Source: the human T2T-CHM13v2.0 reference genome, Homo sapiens. From it: a DNA stretch of 64,000 nt. The stretch lies in NCBI RefSeq assembly GCF_009914755.1, contig NC_060945.1, one strand, 5' to 3'. Below are positions 15,287 through 26,532 of this stretch, one piece after another; position 1 is the first letter of the stretch, and the number at the start of each line of letters is the position of its first letter. Below the pieces are notes generated by a model, which did no database searches, was not told the DNA's origin, and saw only the letters and a program-made list of their open reading frames with translations. Position numbers and translations under genes: made by a program.

Positions 15287-15636
15287 TATTTGTCTGATTT
15301 CTCTTGTTTATAGCAGAATGCCTGAAACTGGTTATTTATAAAGAAAAGGAATTTATTTCTTACAGTTATGGAGGCTGAGAAGTTCAATGTTGAGGAGCCG
15401 TATCAGGTGAGAGTTGGTAGGGACTCTTTGAATAGTCCTAAGGCAGCACAGTCGGCCAGCAGACTGAGGATGCTCGTGGGCTTGCTCCCTTCTGTCATCC
15501 GCTTCTCATAAAGACACCAGTTCCACTCCATGATAACCCATTATTCCATGAATCCATGAAGAGATTAATCCATTTGTAAGGGCAGAGCCTCATGATTCAA
15601 TCACCTCTTAAAGATCCTGCCTTTCAATACTGCCAT
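15287..15636 (-). mobile_element. MaLR LTR (MSTC/MSTD-like), truncated at its 5' end
   Basis: ttatttataaagaaaaggaatttatttcttacagttatggaggctgagaagttcaa...agggcagagcctcatgattcaatcacctcttaaag...aatactgccat; the terminal ~60 bp are missing. Confidence 0.8.
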
Positions 15637-15652
15637 ATATTTTATGATGGCA

Positions 15653-15653
<1 letters not shown>

Positions 15654-15693
<40 letters not shown>

Positions 15694-16222
15694 CTAGCAT
15701 GTTTTGTATATGTATGTATGTTTTGTGTATATATTTGTATTTTTTATATATTTGTATATTTATATATTTGTATATATATAATCTAGCATATGTTTTGTGT
15801 ATATATTTGTATATTTTTGTGTATATATTTTAATATATTTGTATATTTATATATTTGTATATTTTTGTGTATTTGTATATATTTTGTATATATATTTGTA
15901 TACATTTGTATATAGCATATGTTTTGTGTATATATTTGTATATTTTTTGTGCATATATTTGTATATTTTTATATATTTGTATATATGTATATATTTTTGT
16001 ATATATAATCAATCATGTTTTGTGTATATAGTTGTATATATGTATATATTTTTGTGTATATATTTGTACTTTTATATATTTGTATTTGTATATTTATTTT
16101 TGTGTATATATTTGTATATTTTTTGTGTATATATTTGTATATATTGAGTATATATTTTGTATATATCTAGTATACATATATATATATATAAAGTCTGACA
16201 TATGTTTTGTGATATATTTTGT
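15654..16222. repeat. (TA)n plus AT-rich (TATATTTG-type) minisatellite with higher-order units
   Basis: (TA)n at 15654-15689, then tatatttg/ttttgtg repeats punctuated by recurring (tctag)catatgttttgtg-like motifs near 15693, 15782, 15913, 16014 and 16199. Confidence 0.9.
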
Positions 16223-16225
16223 ACT

Positions 16226-16572
16226 TGCTATTGTTTGAATGTGTCCCCTTCAAAGTTTAGCTGTTGCCAATGTCATAGTATTAAGACCTGGAGCTTTAAG
16301 AGGTGATTAAGTCATTAGGGATTCTCCCTCATGTATGGGATTAAGGCTGATGTAAAAGAAGCTTCACACAATACTTGGCTGTTCTTCTGCCGTCTGCCAT
16401 GTTAGGACACAGCATTTCTCCCCTGCAGAGGATATAACCCTCACCAGACAATCAAGCCCATGAGAATCTTTGTCTTGGACTTCTCAGCCTCCAGAAATAT
16501 AAGAAAATATATTTCTATTGTTTATAAATTACCAATTTTCAGGTATTTTGTTACAGCAGGACAGAGTAAGCA
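16226..16572 (+). mobile_element. MaLR solo LTR (MSTC-like)
   Basis: tgctattgtttgaatgtgtcccc...aggtgattaagtcatt...ttggacttctcagcctccagaa...tttataaattacc...aggtattttgttacagca. Confidence 0.85.
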
Positions 16573-16589
16573 GAACTTATGTAATATTG

Positions 16590-16710
16590 GGTTATTCACT
16601 CATTGCATAGTTACTGAACATCTACTTTTTTGTGGACACAGTACTAGCTACTGAGGACACTCAGAATTCAAAATAGAAATATCTGCTCTTCTGGGGTTTA
16701 TATTTTAGGG
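16590..16710 (-). mobile_element. L2 3'-end relic
   Basis: ttattcactcattgcatagttactgaacatctact...gtactagctactgaggacac...ctgctcttctggggtttatattttag resembles the antisense L2 tail. Confidence 0.55.
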
Positions 16711-16799
16711 TATGGGTTATAAAATTATAATTGGTTTATTACTTCAAGAGAAGAAGACATCAATCATAACACATTAAATATCTCCATGAATAATTTCAT

Positions 16800-17150
16800 T
16801 TCTATGGAAACTGTTGAGGTTCATCGAATTATTTTGTAACGGTTTGTCAGCTTCTTATAAAGTTTACCATATACATATGATTTGACTCACCAATTCTATT
16901 TATTTACCAAAGTGTAATTAAACTTATGTTTACATAACATGGTTTGTAAAAGTTTGTAATTATAATATAATAATTGAATTAACACGCTGAAATTTCTTTC
17001 AACTGCTAAATGAATAAACAAACTATGATACATTTAAGCAATGAAATACTACTTAGAAAGAAAAAGAAATGAACAAAGGCAAGCCAAATGACAAAAGCAG
17101 GAACATGAACTCTAATGCATAATACTAAGTGAAAGAGGTCAGGCTTCTAT
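16800..17150 (+). mobile_element. Old L1M (L1MC/ME-type) 3' fragment
   Basis: aaatgaataaacaaactatgatacatt...aatgaaatactacttag...aaaagaaatgaac...atactaagtgaaagaggtcag. Confidence 0.65.
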
Positions 17151-18714
17151 ATAGTACAATTCTGGTTTTCTTCAGTGTTCCTAAAATATATGTGATAGGA
17201 AACATTATTTGTTACAACTGTTGAACTATTTAATATAGTCTGCCCTGCTTAACTATATGTAGATTAAAAATTGTCTTTAATTATCTACATTTGAAATTAA
17301 TGAGAAAGACAAGTCAACAAGTAATAACCAAAATCGATGTAGTTGGAAATGAGAGCAAAGCTCTGTATCTTTTGCTATTTAATTCCCTGAGTTCTCCATC
17401 TGCTTTTTAATACAGTGGCTCTTGATGTATTATGTTTCTTGGACACTTAGTCATAAAAAAATGAGAAAAATTAAATATTGATGTTCACAGTAGGATAGTT
17501 GCAATATTTCATAGGCTTTTACCAAATAAGCAATATTTCTGCTTGCCAGGACATTCTCTGTTGATGAAAGATTATTTTTCTTCTCACTTGAAAGGAAATC
17601 TGAAAAGTCATTTTAAACTATATTTAGCTATTATGGAACTATTTACTTCTTTTTTTTTCAGAAGCAAACAGATGTGAAATGCAATAGAATTGTTGACAGA
17701 ATCGGCTTTTCCTGGTGACAAATCTGATGATTTCAGTGTTAAAACAGCCTTGTTTTATGTAGAAACATGGCTATATTCTAATTGAAATGTTTGGAATATT
17801 TTATGACTGAAAAACTGTTGACTCCTTGTTTAGTAATAGATTTATCCTTCCACTGTAATGAAAGACTCAGGTGTTATTAAAGTATAGGAATTGACAATCG
17901 ATCAACAGATAGATAATATATTACATTGCCCCATAACTAATGAATAAAATGTATTATCTCTTATTTAGTGGGAAAATATATATCAATATCTATATTTTTA
18001 TTTTTAAAACATTTTCCTGTCAACCTCTAAGTAGGTATGCTCTGGAATATAACATTAATGCTTTAGAAACAATTCAACTAAACAATCCAACTCTCTTTTA
18101 GATTTTCTACTAAATTCAAGGTCATTTATGACTAAAGTAAATGGATGTAGATCCAAGTACCATCATTTATTTTTTTCACTGGTTGACATACTAAATGTCA
18201 AGAGATTCTTCACAGACCAAAAATAAAAAGTAATTTAGAAGGCAAGATTGAAAACAAATAAACAAAAAATAAATTAACAATATTAAAATGAGGAAGTAAT
18301 ATATGTCCTGAGTCAAAAACTATTGGAAATGTTTCAAGGCACTGGAGATTTACCAATGAACAAAACCACATAGTTTTAGAAATGCTCGTTCGGAGAAACT
18401 GTGCCTTGTTTTGCACATGACAGGACCATGTGTGGGATTCATCATTTGACCTTGATCCCTGTGAGCTTCCTGACTACTAAGCAAGATGTGATGCATATCT
18501 ATTTTAAAGAGATAAATAGTGAATATTTATGATATGTATCAAATGATTACAAAAAAGCGAGAGGACTAGATCTTAGGAAAATAAAAGGAAACTTCCAAAA
18601 ATATCAAAGAAAGACACCATGAAATTGTTTTACCTGAGAGAGTCACTGAAGGACAATTGAAATTTTAATAAAAAGGGAAATGTGGAGATATCTAAAATTA
18701 GGTAAATTATAATA

Positions 18715-18930
18715 TATTAAGTGTTTGCCATGCAGCAGATATTATTGCAAGCATTTTGTAATCATTATTTCTAACATTATTAAACACATACACTACTATT
18801 GCTGCTTTTGTAAAATAAGGCAAAAAAGTAGAGGCCTGGGACTAAATGGCCTATTCTAAGTTAATTGATCTATTAAATACTAGATCCAGGATTAAAACTC
18901 AGACTGACACCTGATCTTGCTCTCCAAACA
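18715..18930 (-). mobile_element. MIR-like SINE relic
   Basis: aagtgtttgccatgcagcagatattattgcaagcattttg...ctagatccaggattaaaactcagactgac resembles antisense MIR. Confidence 0.55.
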
Positions 18931-19674
18931 ATGCTGCTACATTGTATAAATATTGCACTGGGGATAAAAAGATATCATAGTGGTAATAGATAGGTTAAAG
19001 GCATATTTTTTACTCTTAAAATTTACATAAAGTAAAAAAGAAAAATAGGGCTAGAAAAACATAATGACATTGGATTATAAACAACCATGGAAGACAAGAA
19101 ATTTGAATTTAACTCTATATTTAATGAGAAGTCTTTTAATAAATGAATGAATAAATACAAAGTGTACTAATGACTATTAGTCATTCATGTTCCTTCATCT
19201 GTTCTTTCACACACTCATTTGTTTACAAAGTTTAAAAAATGGTTTACGGAATGTGTATTCTATACCAGACTCTCAGTTACATATAAGAATCCTGCTCTGA
19301 ATTAGAGACCTTGGCAGCTGTAAATACTTACCAGAAAGATTTTGAAAGTTTGGCAAAAATTAAAGTTGAACATGAAAGCGACACTTTTGGGTGTGGTATA
19401 CTGTTATTGTTACAGATTGTTGTAGTATATAAAATTATTTATATCTTAATAAAGAATATATGTATATGAATACATATGTAACAGAAATACACTTAAATTA
19501 TGTACAATTTTAGGTGAATATGATTATACATTTTATTGCAGACTTAATTTTCTTTTAATATGGAGATAATATAGATAGGTTTCCTCCTGTCTCTGTCTTA
19601 TCTATATCAGACCGTTATCCCTAAAATGCAACGTCACCTTGGGTTAATAAACTTTTTATTACAATAAATATGTA

Positions 19675-20058
19675 CGGATCTGTCTGCTAGGACTGTCATA
19701 ACAAAATACTATAGAATGCATGGCTTAAATGACAGAAGTTTATTTCTCAATGTTCTGGAGGCTGCAAGTCTAAGATCAAGGTGTCAACACATTTAGTTTT
19801 CCCTCAGGCCTCTCATTTTGACTTGCAGATGGTTTATTTCTTGCTGTCTCCTCACATGGCTTTTTCTCTGTGCACAAGCCTCCACAGTGTCTCTTCCTCT
19901 TCTTATCAGGACACCACTCATAATGGATTAGTGTTCCACCTCTATGATTTCAATTAGCCTGGATTACCCCTTTAAAAATAATAACTCCAAATACAGTCTT
20001 GTTGAGGATAAGGGCTTCAACACATGAGTTTTGTGGGAACACATTTCAATCCATAACA
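19675..20058 (-). mobile_element. MLT1B-like MaLR solo LTR with 5-bp TSD
   Basis: gtctgctaggactgtcataacaaaatac...ttctggaggctgcaagtctaagatcaaggtgtca...agggcttcaacacatgag...aatccataaca; atgta at 19670-19674 and 20059-20063. Confidence 0.85.
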
Positions 20059-20209
20059 ATGTAAAATATGTTCACATTCAAATATAAAGTGTTGACTATT
20101 TTTTAAAATAAGCTGTTAGACACAATTATTACATCATGTTTTTTTTCACTTCAAAATACTTTGTATACAACATTAAAAGTCATTTCACATTGATTTAAAT
20201 TTTTGCAAG

Positions 20210-20780
20210 GACTACATATATTTCACTGTATGTATATAGTCATGATTTATTCTCCCATCTTCCTAGTAATGAGCATACAATATGTTGGCCATGTTTATGC
20301 CACTTCAGCTTTTGTTCAGTAAATATCTTTGCATCCATACTTTTCTGTATTGGAACATTAGATTTTTTGTATTACAAATTCTCAAAGTGCAATCTGTGGA
20401 TCAAACGCTTGGTGCACTTGGGTTTCAGAAGAAATTGCCAACTTAATTTTCAAAAGGCAGTAAACTTGGCATTTCCAACACATACCAGATAGTAATCCTT
20501 TTATCATAGACTCCAAAACAATAGGGCTTATAGGTCTTTATTCTATTTTAAAAATCACTCATGTGTTTGTTACTTCGCTACAAATTTAATTTTATCCTTA
20601 ATATTAGTAAATTTTAGTATTCTTTATTTGAATTAGCATCGCTGAAAATTGAATTATATACCTTTTGCTAGTGTTTAAATGCTTTCTCTTGTCAATTTAT
20701 AATAATTATTTGAAGATTATGCACAACTTTATGACTACCACCTGCTTTTAAATTATTTACTGGGATAATATCTCAATTGG
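20210..20780 (-). mobile_element. Old L1ME-type relic
   Basis: Highly decayed antisense L1 3' region (tttcactgtatgtatatagtcatgatttatt...aaattctcaaagtgcaatctgtggatcaaa...aaattgccaact). Confidence 0.45.
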
Positions 20781-21659
20781 TGATATGAGAATGTCAGCTA
20801 GTCATTTTCTTTTCTTTCTTTTTTTTTTCAATTCAGGAGGCTATTTCAGGATCAGAGCTTGACATAGGCTGAGGTCTGCTGATGGGAAAAGAAAAAGCAG
20901 CAAATTTCTTAGTAGCTGCTTGGGGATAGAATGATTGAGACATCCAGAGACCTCAAATTCATAACTTTTTTATTTTACCCAAATATACATTTGCTAAATT
21001 GTGCTGCATAGAAAGATAAAGAGTTAGGCTGTAAAGTTTTCATGCTGGCTCTTAAGAAACCAAAATCTGACAAAGCCAGAAGGCTTAACAAATAAATAAG
21101 CAGACCAGAAAATGAAGTCCTGGAGATAGTGGTAGATTAACTCTGAAGTTCCACAACTGCTTCTCACTTGGGAACACTTAGTGATTATGGGTCCAAGTAG
21201 AGAATGCAAATCAGGCTTGGCCCTGCTAAAAGTGACAAGGAAATCAGCAGCACACACGTGGAACTGGAGGGAGAAGATAGGAGTCTTGTAAGCCTTAAAG
21301 CATAAACAATCTCACCATCAAGACATTTAGCAAATTTTAAAACAGCATGGAATGAAAAATCAAAGACCTCAACAGAAGCACTCTGAAGTATAAAACTGAA
21401 ACTTCTGGAGTGTATCAGAGCAGTGGAGGCAGAGTGCTGCCCTGTTCCAAATAAAAAACTCCGAATTAATCACCCTAGGAATAGTGGCATTCCACAGGTG
21501 GGCTAACTTTTATGGAACTTGCATCCCAGTCACAACTCTGCATAACCTCTGATTGGATTAATTTGGTAATCACACCCTACCACACACATATACACCCCCA
21601 TCCCTGTCCATCATATACCCCACAAAAGTAAGTTGCAATCCTATTTAATAGAAGATAAC

Positions 21660-21960
21660 TTAAAGGCTTTAATTTTATTTTATACATAATGTCTAACAGA
21701 AAAAAGTAAAAATTACTAGACATTTGAAGAGGAAATAATACATGAACAGTAGCTAAAAGAGTAATTAGTCAATAAAAACAGAATTGCAGGTGAACCAGAA
21801 TTTGCAGCTAGTAGAACATAACATTAAAATAAATATGATATCACTTTTGAGAAAACAGGGAGAAATTTGGACAAAAATACATAAAGCAATGCATAAATTA
21901 GCCCCAAATTGGCAATGATGAGTATCAAATGGGGTTTCTAGATATGAAATATATGAAAAA
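21660..21960 (+). mobile_element. Old L1M ORF1-region relic
   Basis: aaaattactagacatttgaagagg...agtcaataaaaacaga...gaaccagaatttgcagctagtagaacataacattaaaataaatatgata resembles the 5' part of L1M ORF1. Confidence 0.4.
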
Positions 21961-22244
21961 GGACTAAAAATACATATATCCCACTAGGCTTGGTTTATTG
22001 TCCTTCGTGATATAGTCTAAAATCTTTTGTTTTCCATTATTTTTTCAAATATTGCTTCTGGATCATTTCTTTCATCTCCTGTTAGGGTCCAGTTAAATAT
22101 ATGTTACACCATTTACAGGTTTTGTATGTACATATTCTTCAGTCCTTTTTTGTCTGCGATTCAATAAATAATTTTATAAACCTGCCTTTCAGGTAATTAA
22201 TTTTACCTTCCATTATATTTAATCTGTTATTAAACTCTTTTTTT

Positions 22245-24430
22245 AGTGTGTGATAGGAATACTGTTTTCACTGAAAGTTTACTATGCAATGTATTTTATT
22301 TTTTTAGACGAGGAGGAATATCATAAGCAGTTGAGGGACTAGGAAGTGGGGAGATCAGGAAGTAGGTCCTCTAGAGATGAGGAGGCACTCTGCTAGATGG
22401 CTTTTAAAATATTTCCTCCAGAGGAATTTGCCTCATTAACAGCATTTTTTGGTCTTAAAAATCAGTCTTTGATTTTATACAATGACAATTTCTGACTCTG
22501 TTATAAAGGTATGCTGTCCTAGTTCTTCCGTAAGTTCATCACGTGTTTTCACCATGTTGTCATTAGGCATGTTTTCTGCAGTATTAACATCGTCTTCATT
22601 GTTCCTATTATCATAATTACCATGATTCTTAAAAATGTCAGCTAGTTCTCCATTGGTCAATGAACGAACAACTGGAGCCTCATTATCAACATTAAAAATG
22701 TCTTCAATATCAATTTCTTTCAGTTTATCGGATTCTGAAGGTATACTTTTTGTATATTTAAGGAGATAAGACATCTTTTTTTCCTCACTTATCATATAGA
22801 ATCTTTCAAAGTCACCATCTTGTTCATCATCAACATTAAATTTAGTTACTGGTCAGAGGTGGTGCCAGGAATGCACAACAGTTTCTTTAGTCACTGTCTT
22901 CCAAGCACTGGACACATCGTAGATGGTGTTCTTCATGCTAACTTCTTTTGAAAATTGTCCACACCTATGCCTCTATTCACTAACGCTAGCATGCTGTTCA
23001 AGAGAGCTTCTTCATATTTGCTGTTTATTAATCTAAATATATCCTAGTCACATGGCTAAATTAATATAGTCACATTTGGGTGAAATTTCATGAACATTTT
23101 TGATGAAAAGTTCAGCTGTAGAATGAGCAGAACACTTTTCAAGAAATTAAAAAAAATTACAGTGTCATCTAGTCTGGCTTCCCTGCAGAGAGCAAGGACC
23201 TTGCTACAAAATGTTTGTGAAATTAATCAGACAAGTTGTCCCTGGTGATCCATACCTTTTTATTAGCATGATAATTAGCTGATAACAACTTCACTACTTG
23301 AAAACAGTGGGGACACAGGCCTTTGTCTATCTCAAGGTTACACTTATGTTTGCCTGCTGCATTAGCACATATCAGCACAGATAGTGTGTCTTTGGCATTT
23401 TTAACTTCTGTCAGGGATATCTCACTAGCTGTAATCAGTGTCTTTCTAGAGCAATAACACCAAAACAGTGATGTTCCATCAGTATTGCAACTTTGTTCTA
23501 GTATCAGATTTTCATCAGTGATGATCTTATCAAACTCATCAATGAATTTCTTTGTTGCTTCATGATCAACAGATGCTTTATCACTATAAAATTTAAAAAA
23601 TGTAATATGTCCTTTCTTAAATTTATGTAATTAGCCTATAGAATAAATTTCCCCTCCTTTTTCAGTTTCTTGTGATAGATCTTTGCTGTTTCATGATTAG
23701 CATACCATTTGGTGGCATGTATTCACTGTGGTGCTGAAAGATCATCTCTTACAGTACACATTCAAGAGCTTTATTTTTAGTTTTATATAATGTCCTTATA
23801 ATTTTTGTTAACTTTTGTTCAACACTTTTTACATGGAACACCAACAATTTAAGCTTCTGTTTCTTCAGGTCATATATGGTGCTCCTTCCAACATCATACT
23901 TTATTGTAAAACATTTCACACTTACACCACTGACTAGTTTCTTCAACACCTTGACATTCTGTGCTCTAGATAAACATAAATGATTTCTCTTTTTATTATC
24001 ACTGGTACCCATAGGAGTGTCTGCAGGCCTTTTTGACATTTTCAACAATATTTTTGTATGAGACAACTGAAAATAAACAGAAAAATGCAGGGAGCAATGC
24101 ACGAAGGTCTTGGCCTTAAGTGGGCCATTGTGATGAAATTGCCCTTGGAGTGTCTGGCCTGCACACATGCCTTTTTAATAGACTTAGTTGGTGTACTTGT
24201 GTGCGGGAATCAGAAAAAATATATTGCAGGTCAATGGGGCTGTTAAGAGTCCTTTATCCGTTGGAGACAGTGAATCAATTGTGCACTGTTCATCTGCATT
24301 TTGACTGTGATGCATGACGTGTGCTCAGGTGTGAAATTTTCCACATTCAGCATCATATCGGTGCTCAACATTTTTAAAATTTTGTAATATTTTGGATTTC
24401 AGATTTTTCAGATTAGGCATGGGCAACCTA
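22245..24430 (-). mobile_element. Tigger4 (Zombi) TcMar-Tigger DNA transposon, long copy lacking one terminus
   Basis: Right end ...tttggatttcagatttttcagattaggcatgggcaaccta+ta is a degenerate reverse complement of the Tigger4 TIR (CAGGTTGAGCATCCCTAATC...); transposase fragments lie inside. Confidence 0.88.
22310..24039 (-). pseudogene. Decayed Tigger4/Zombi pogo-family transposase (CENP-B-type HTH N-terminus)
   Basis: ATG at 24039-24037 starts MSKRPADTPMGTSDNKKRNHLCLSRAQNVKVLKKLVSGVSVK...STIYDLKKQK; stop at 23749; acidic C-terminal fragment in ORF 22475..22795; several stops and frameshifts between. Confidence 0.85.
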
Positions 24431-24449
24431 TACTCTTTTTCAGTTTACA

Positions 24450-25170
24450 GAATAAACAGAATCAATTTTTTTAAATATAAAATCTGAACACAGTTAACAA
24501 TATTGATCTGGCATATTTAGAACAACGTGCACAACACAACAATAATTAACAACTTGTTTAAATGCTTATAAGAAATTTACCAAACCTACCCCATGTTGGG
24601 CAATAAAGATAATATCAATAAATTTTGAAGACGAAAATTATTGTTTGTTTTGTGACCACAGTAAATTTACTTCAGAAATTGAGAGGCAGATATCCAGACA
24701 ATTCCCAACAATAATAATAAGCATTGCCTTACAAATAACCCAATGTCAAAGAAAACACCAAAATGGAAGCAATAAAATAATTCTAACTTATCCATAATAA
24801 AGATTCAACACATCAAATGTTTTAAAATGCAGAAAATTTAGTAAGAAATTTGTAACCTTAGAGGTATGGATTAGAAAAGAAAACGAATATCTAAAATTTA
24901 GTGATTTAATACTTTCTTTCAAGAAATTAAATGTAATAGCACAAATTAAACTTACATAAAGTAAAATAAGATAAATTATACACAAAAACAAAAATTAATA
25001 ACATACAATAAAACATTAAGAAAGAAAAAATCAAAAAAGCCATATGCTAGATGTTCAGTTTTAACAATAAAAAATACGTATTAAAACTCTAGGGGAAAAT
25101 GTCCAAGGTTAAAAAGACAACCACAATGACCAATATTAGGAATAAAAATGGGATATCACTGCAGCTATCA
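24450..25170 (+). mobile_element. Old L1M ORF2 relic, host segment 1 (continues at 26440-26530 and 31680-32560)
   Basis: A-rich, L1 ORF2-like sequence ending ...aatgaccaatattaggaataaaaatgggatatcactgcag. Confidence 0.65.
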
Positions 25171-26435
25171 TAAAAAGTTAAGAAACGCATCTAGTGTTTT
25201 CTGCCTCCAGTTGCTGTCAAAGAGCTTCTAACACCTTTGTAATTTTCTAAACTCGAAGGCTGCTAGGAGAATACTTTGTTCTAATATTTGGTCTTTGACC
25301 CCAGTTCTAGACACAGAGCTACTGAATCCCTTGGAATTTTGGGGGATGATAGAAATATCTTTTGTTCTAATAACGCAATTCTTGTTGGGCTCCTATAGTG
25401 GGCTGTTCATTAGAAAGACCAAGGTATAATTATAAGATTAAAGAGTTCAGCCCCGTCCCACTTTGCTAGAGAAAGGAGAGATGCTAGACATGGAGATAAT
25501 AATCAATCGTGCCTATATGATGAAGTCTCCATAAAAGTCCCTGAACTATGGGATTCAGAGAGCTTCCAGGTTGATGAACGCACTTAAATTCTGGGAGGGT
25601 AGTGCACACAAATTCCATTGGTCTCACCACAAAAACTCCTGTGCTGAGACCCTTCCAGACATTGCCCTATATATCTCTTCATGTGGATGTTCACCTGTAT
25701 TCTCATTATATCTGTTATTAATAAATTGCCAAACATAAGTACGGTGTTTCCCTGAGTTCTCTAAGCAATGCCACCAGATTAATGGAACCCAAGAAGGGGG
25801 TTAAGAAAACCCTGATTTGTAGCCAGTTGGTCATAAGTACAGTCATGTGCTATATAATGATTTAGTCAGCAAGAGAACACATATACGATGATGGTCCCAT
25901 AAGATTATAATGTATTTTTACTACACCTTTTATATATTTAGATACATTTAGAAACACAAGTTCTTACCATTGTGTTTCAATTGCCTACAGTATTGAGTAT
26001 AGTAATATGCTATGCAGGTTTGTGGTCTAGGAGCAATAGGCTATACTATATGGCCTGGATGTTTAGTAGGCTATACCATCTAGATTAATGTAAGTATAGC
26101 ACACTCTATAATGGTCATCAAATGACAAGATCACCTAAGGAAAAATTTGTCAGAATGTATCTCTATTGTTTAGCAACACATGACTACATAGGTGACAACC
26201 TATTGCAATGAGTATTTGAAGTGGAGGGCAGTCTTTTGGGAGTGGGCCCTTAACGAATATGATCTGATGCTATCTCCAGTAGGTAGTGTGAGAATTGAAT
26301 TGAATTACAGGACACCCAGCTGGTGTCTTCTGCAGAATGATTGGTGTGTGAGAAAGTACCCCCAAACATCTGGTGTTAGAATTGTGGTGAGGAGAGGTGT
26401 GAAAGTGGAAAAACCACTTGTTTTCTCCTATTATA
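25170..26435 (+). mobile_element. MER21-family (MER21C-like) LTR, interrupted by Tigger3a
   Basis: atttggtctttgaccccagttctagacacagagct...cccttggaattt...gagagcttccaggttgatgaac...gtgtttccctgagttct...gaattgaattgaattacaggacacccagctggtgtc. Confidence 0.8.
25840..26186. mobile_element. Tigger3a (Golem_A/MER7A) MITE
   Basis: ta|cagtcatgtgc...gatggtcccataagattataat...ctaggagcaataggctatac...gcaacacatgacta; about 347 bp with cagtcatg/catgact TIRs. Confidence 0.88.
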
Positions 26436-26532
26436 GGCACTAGATAAAAAAGTAACCAAAATCTATTCTTTAAGAGCTTTTACCAATATGTGATCAGATG
26501 AAACTTATGAATTTCATTTTGAAAACTCAATA

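Noticed and set aside
14552-16238. Tyr/Ile/Lys-rich repeat-protein ORFs
   Set aside because: They are translations of the AT minisatellite and its inverted copy.
23749-24168. Domesticated JRKL/TIGD-like gene
   Set aside because: The frame stops after the HTH region, downstream sequence is disrupted, and it sits inside a TIR-bearing Tigger4 copy.
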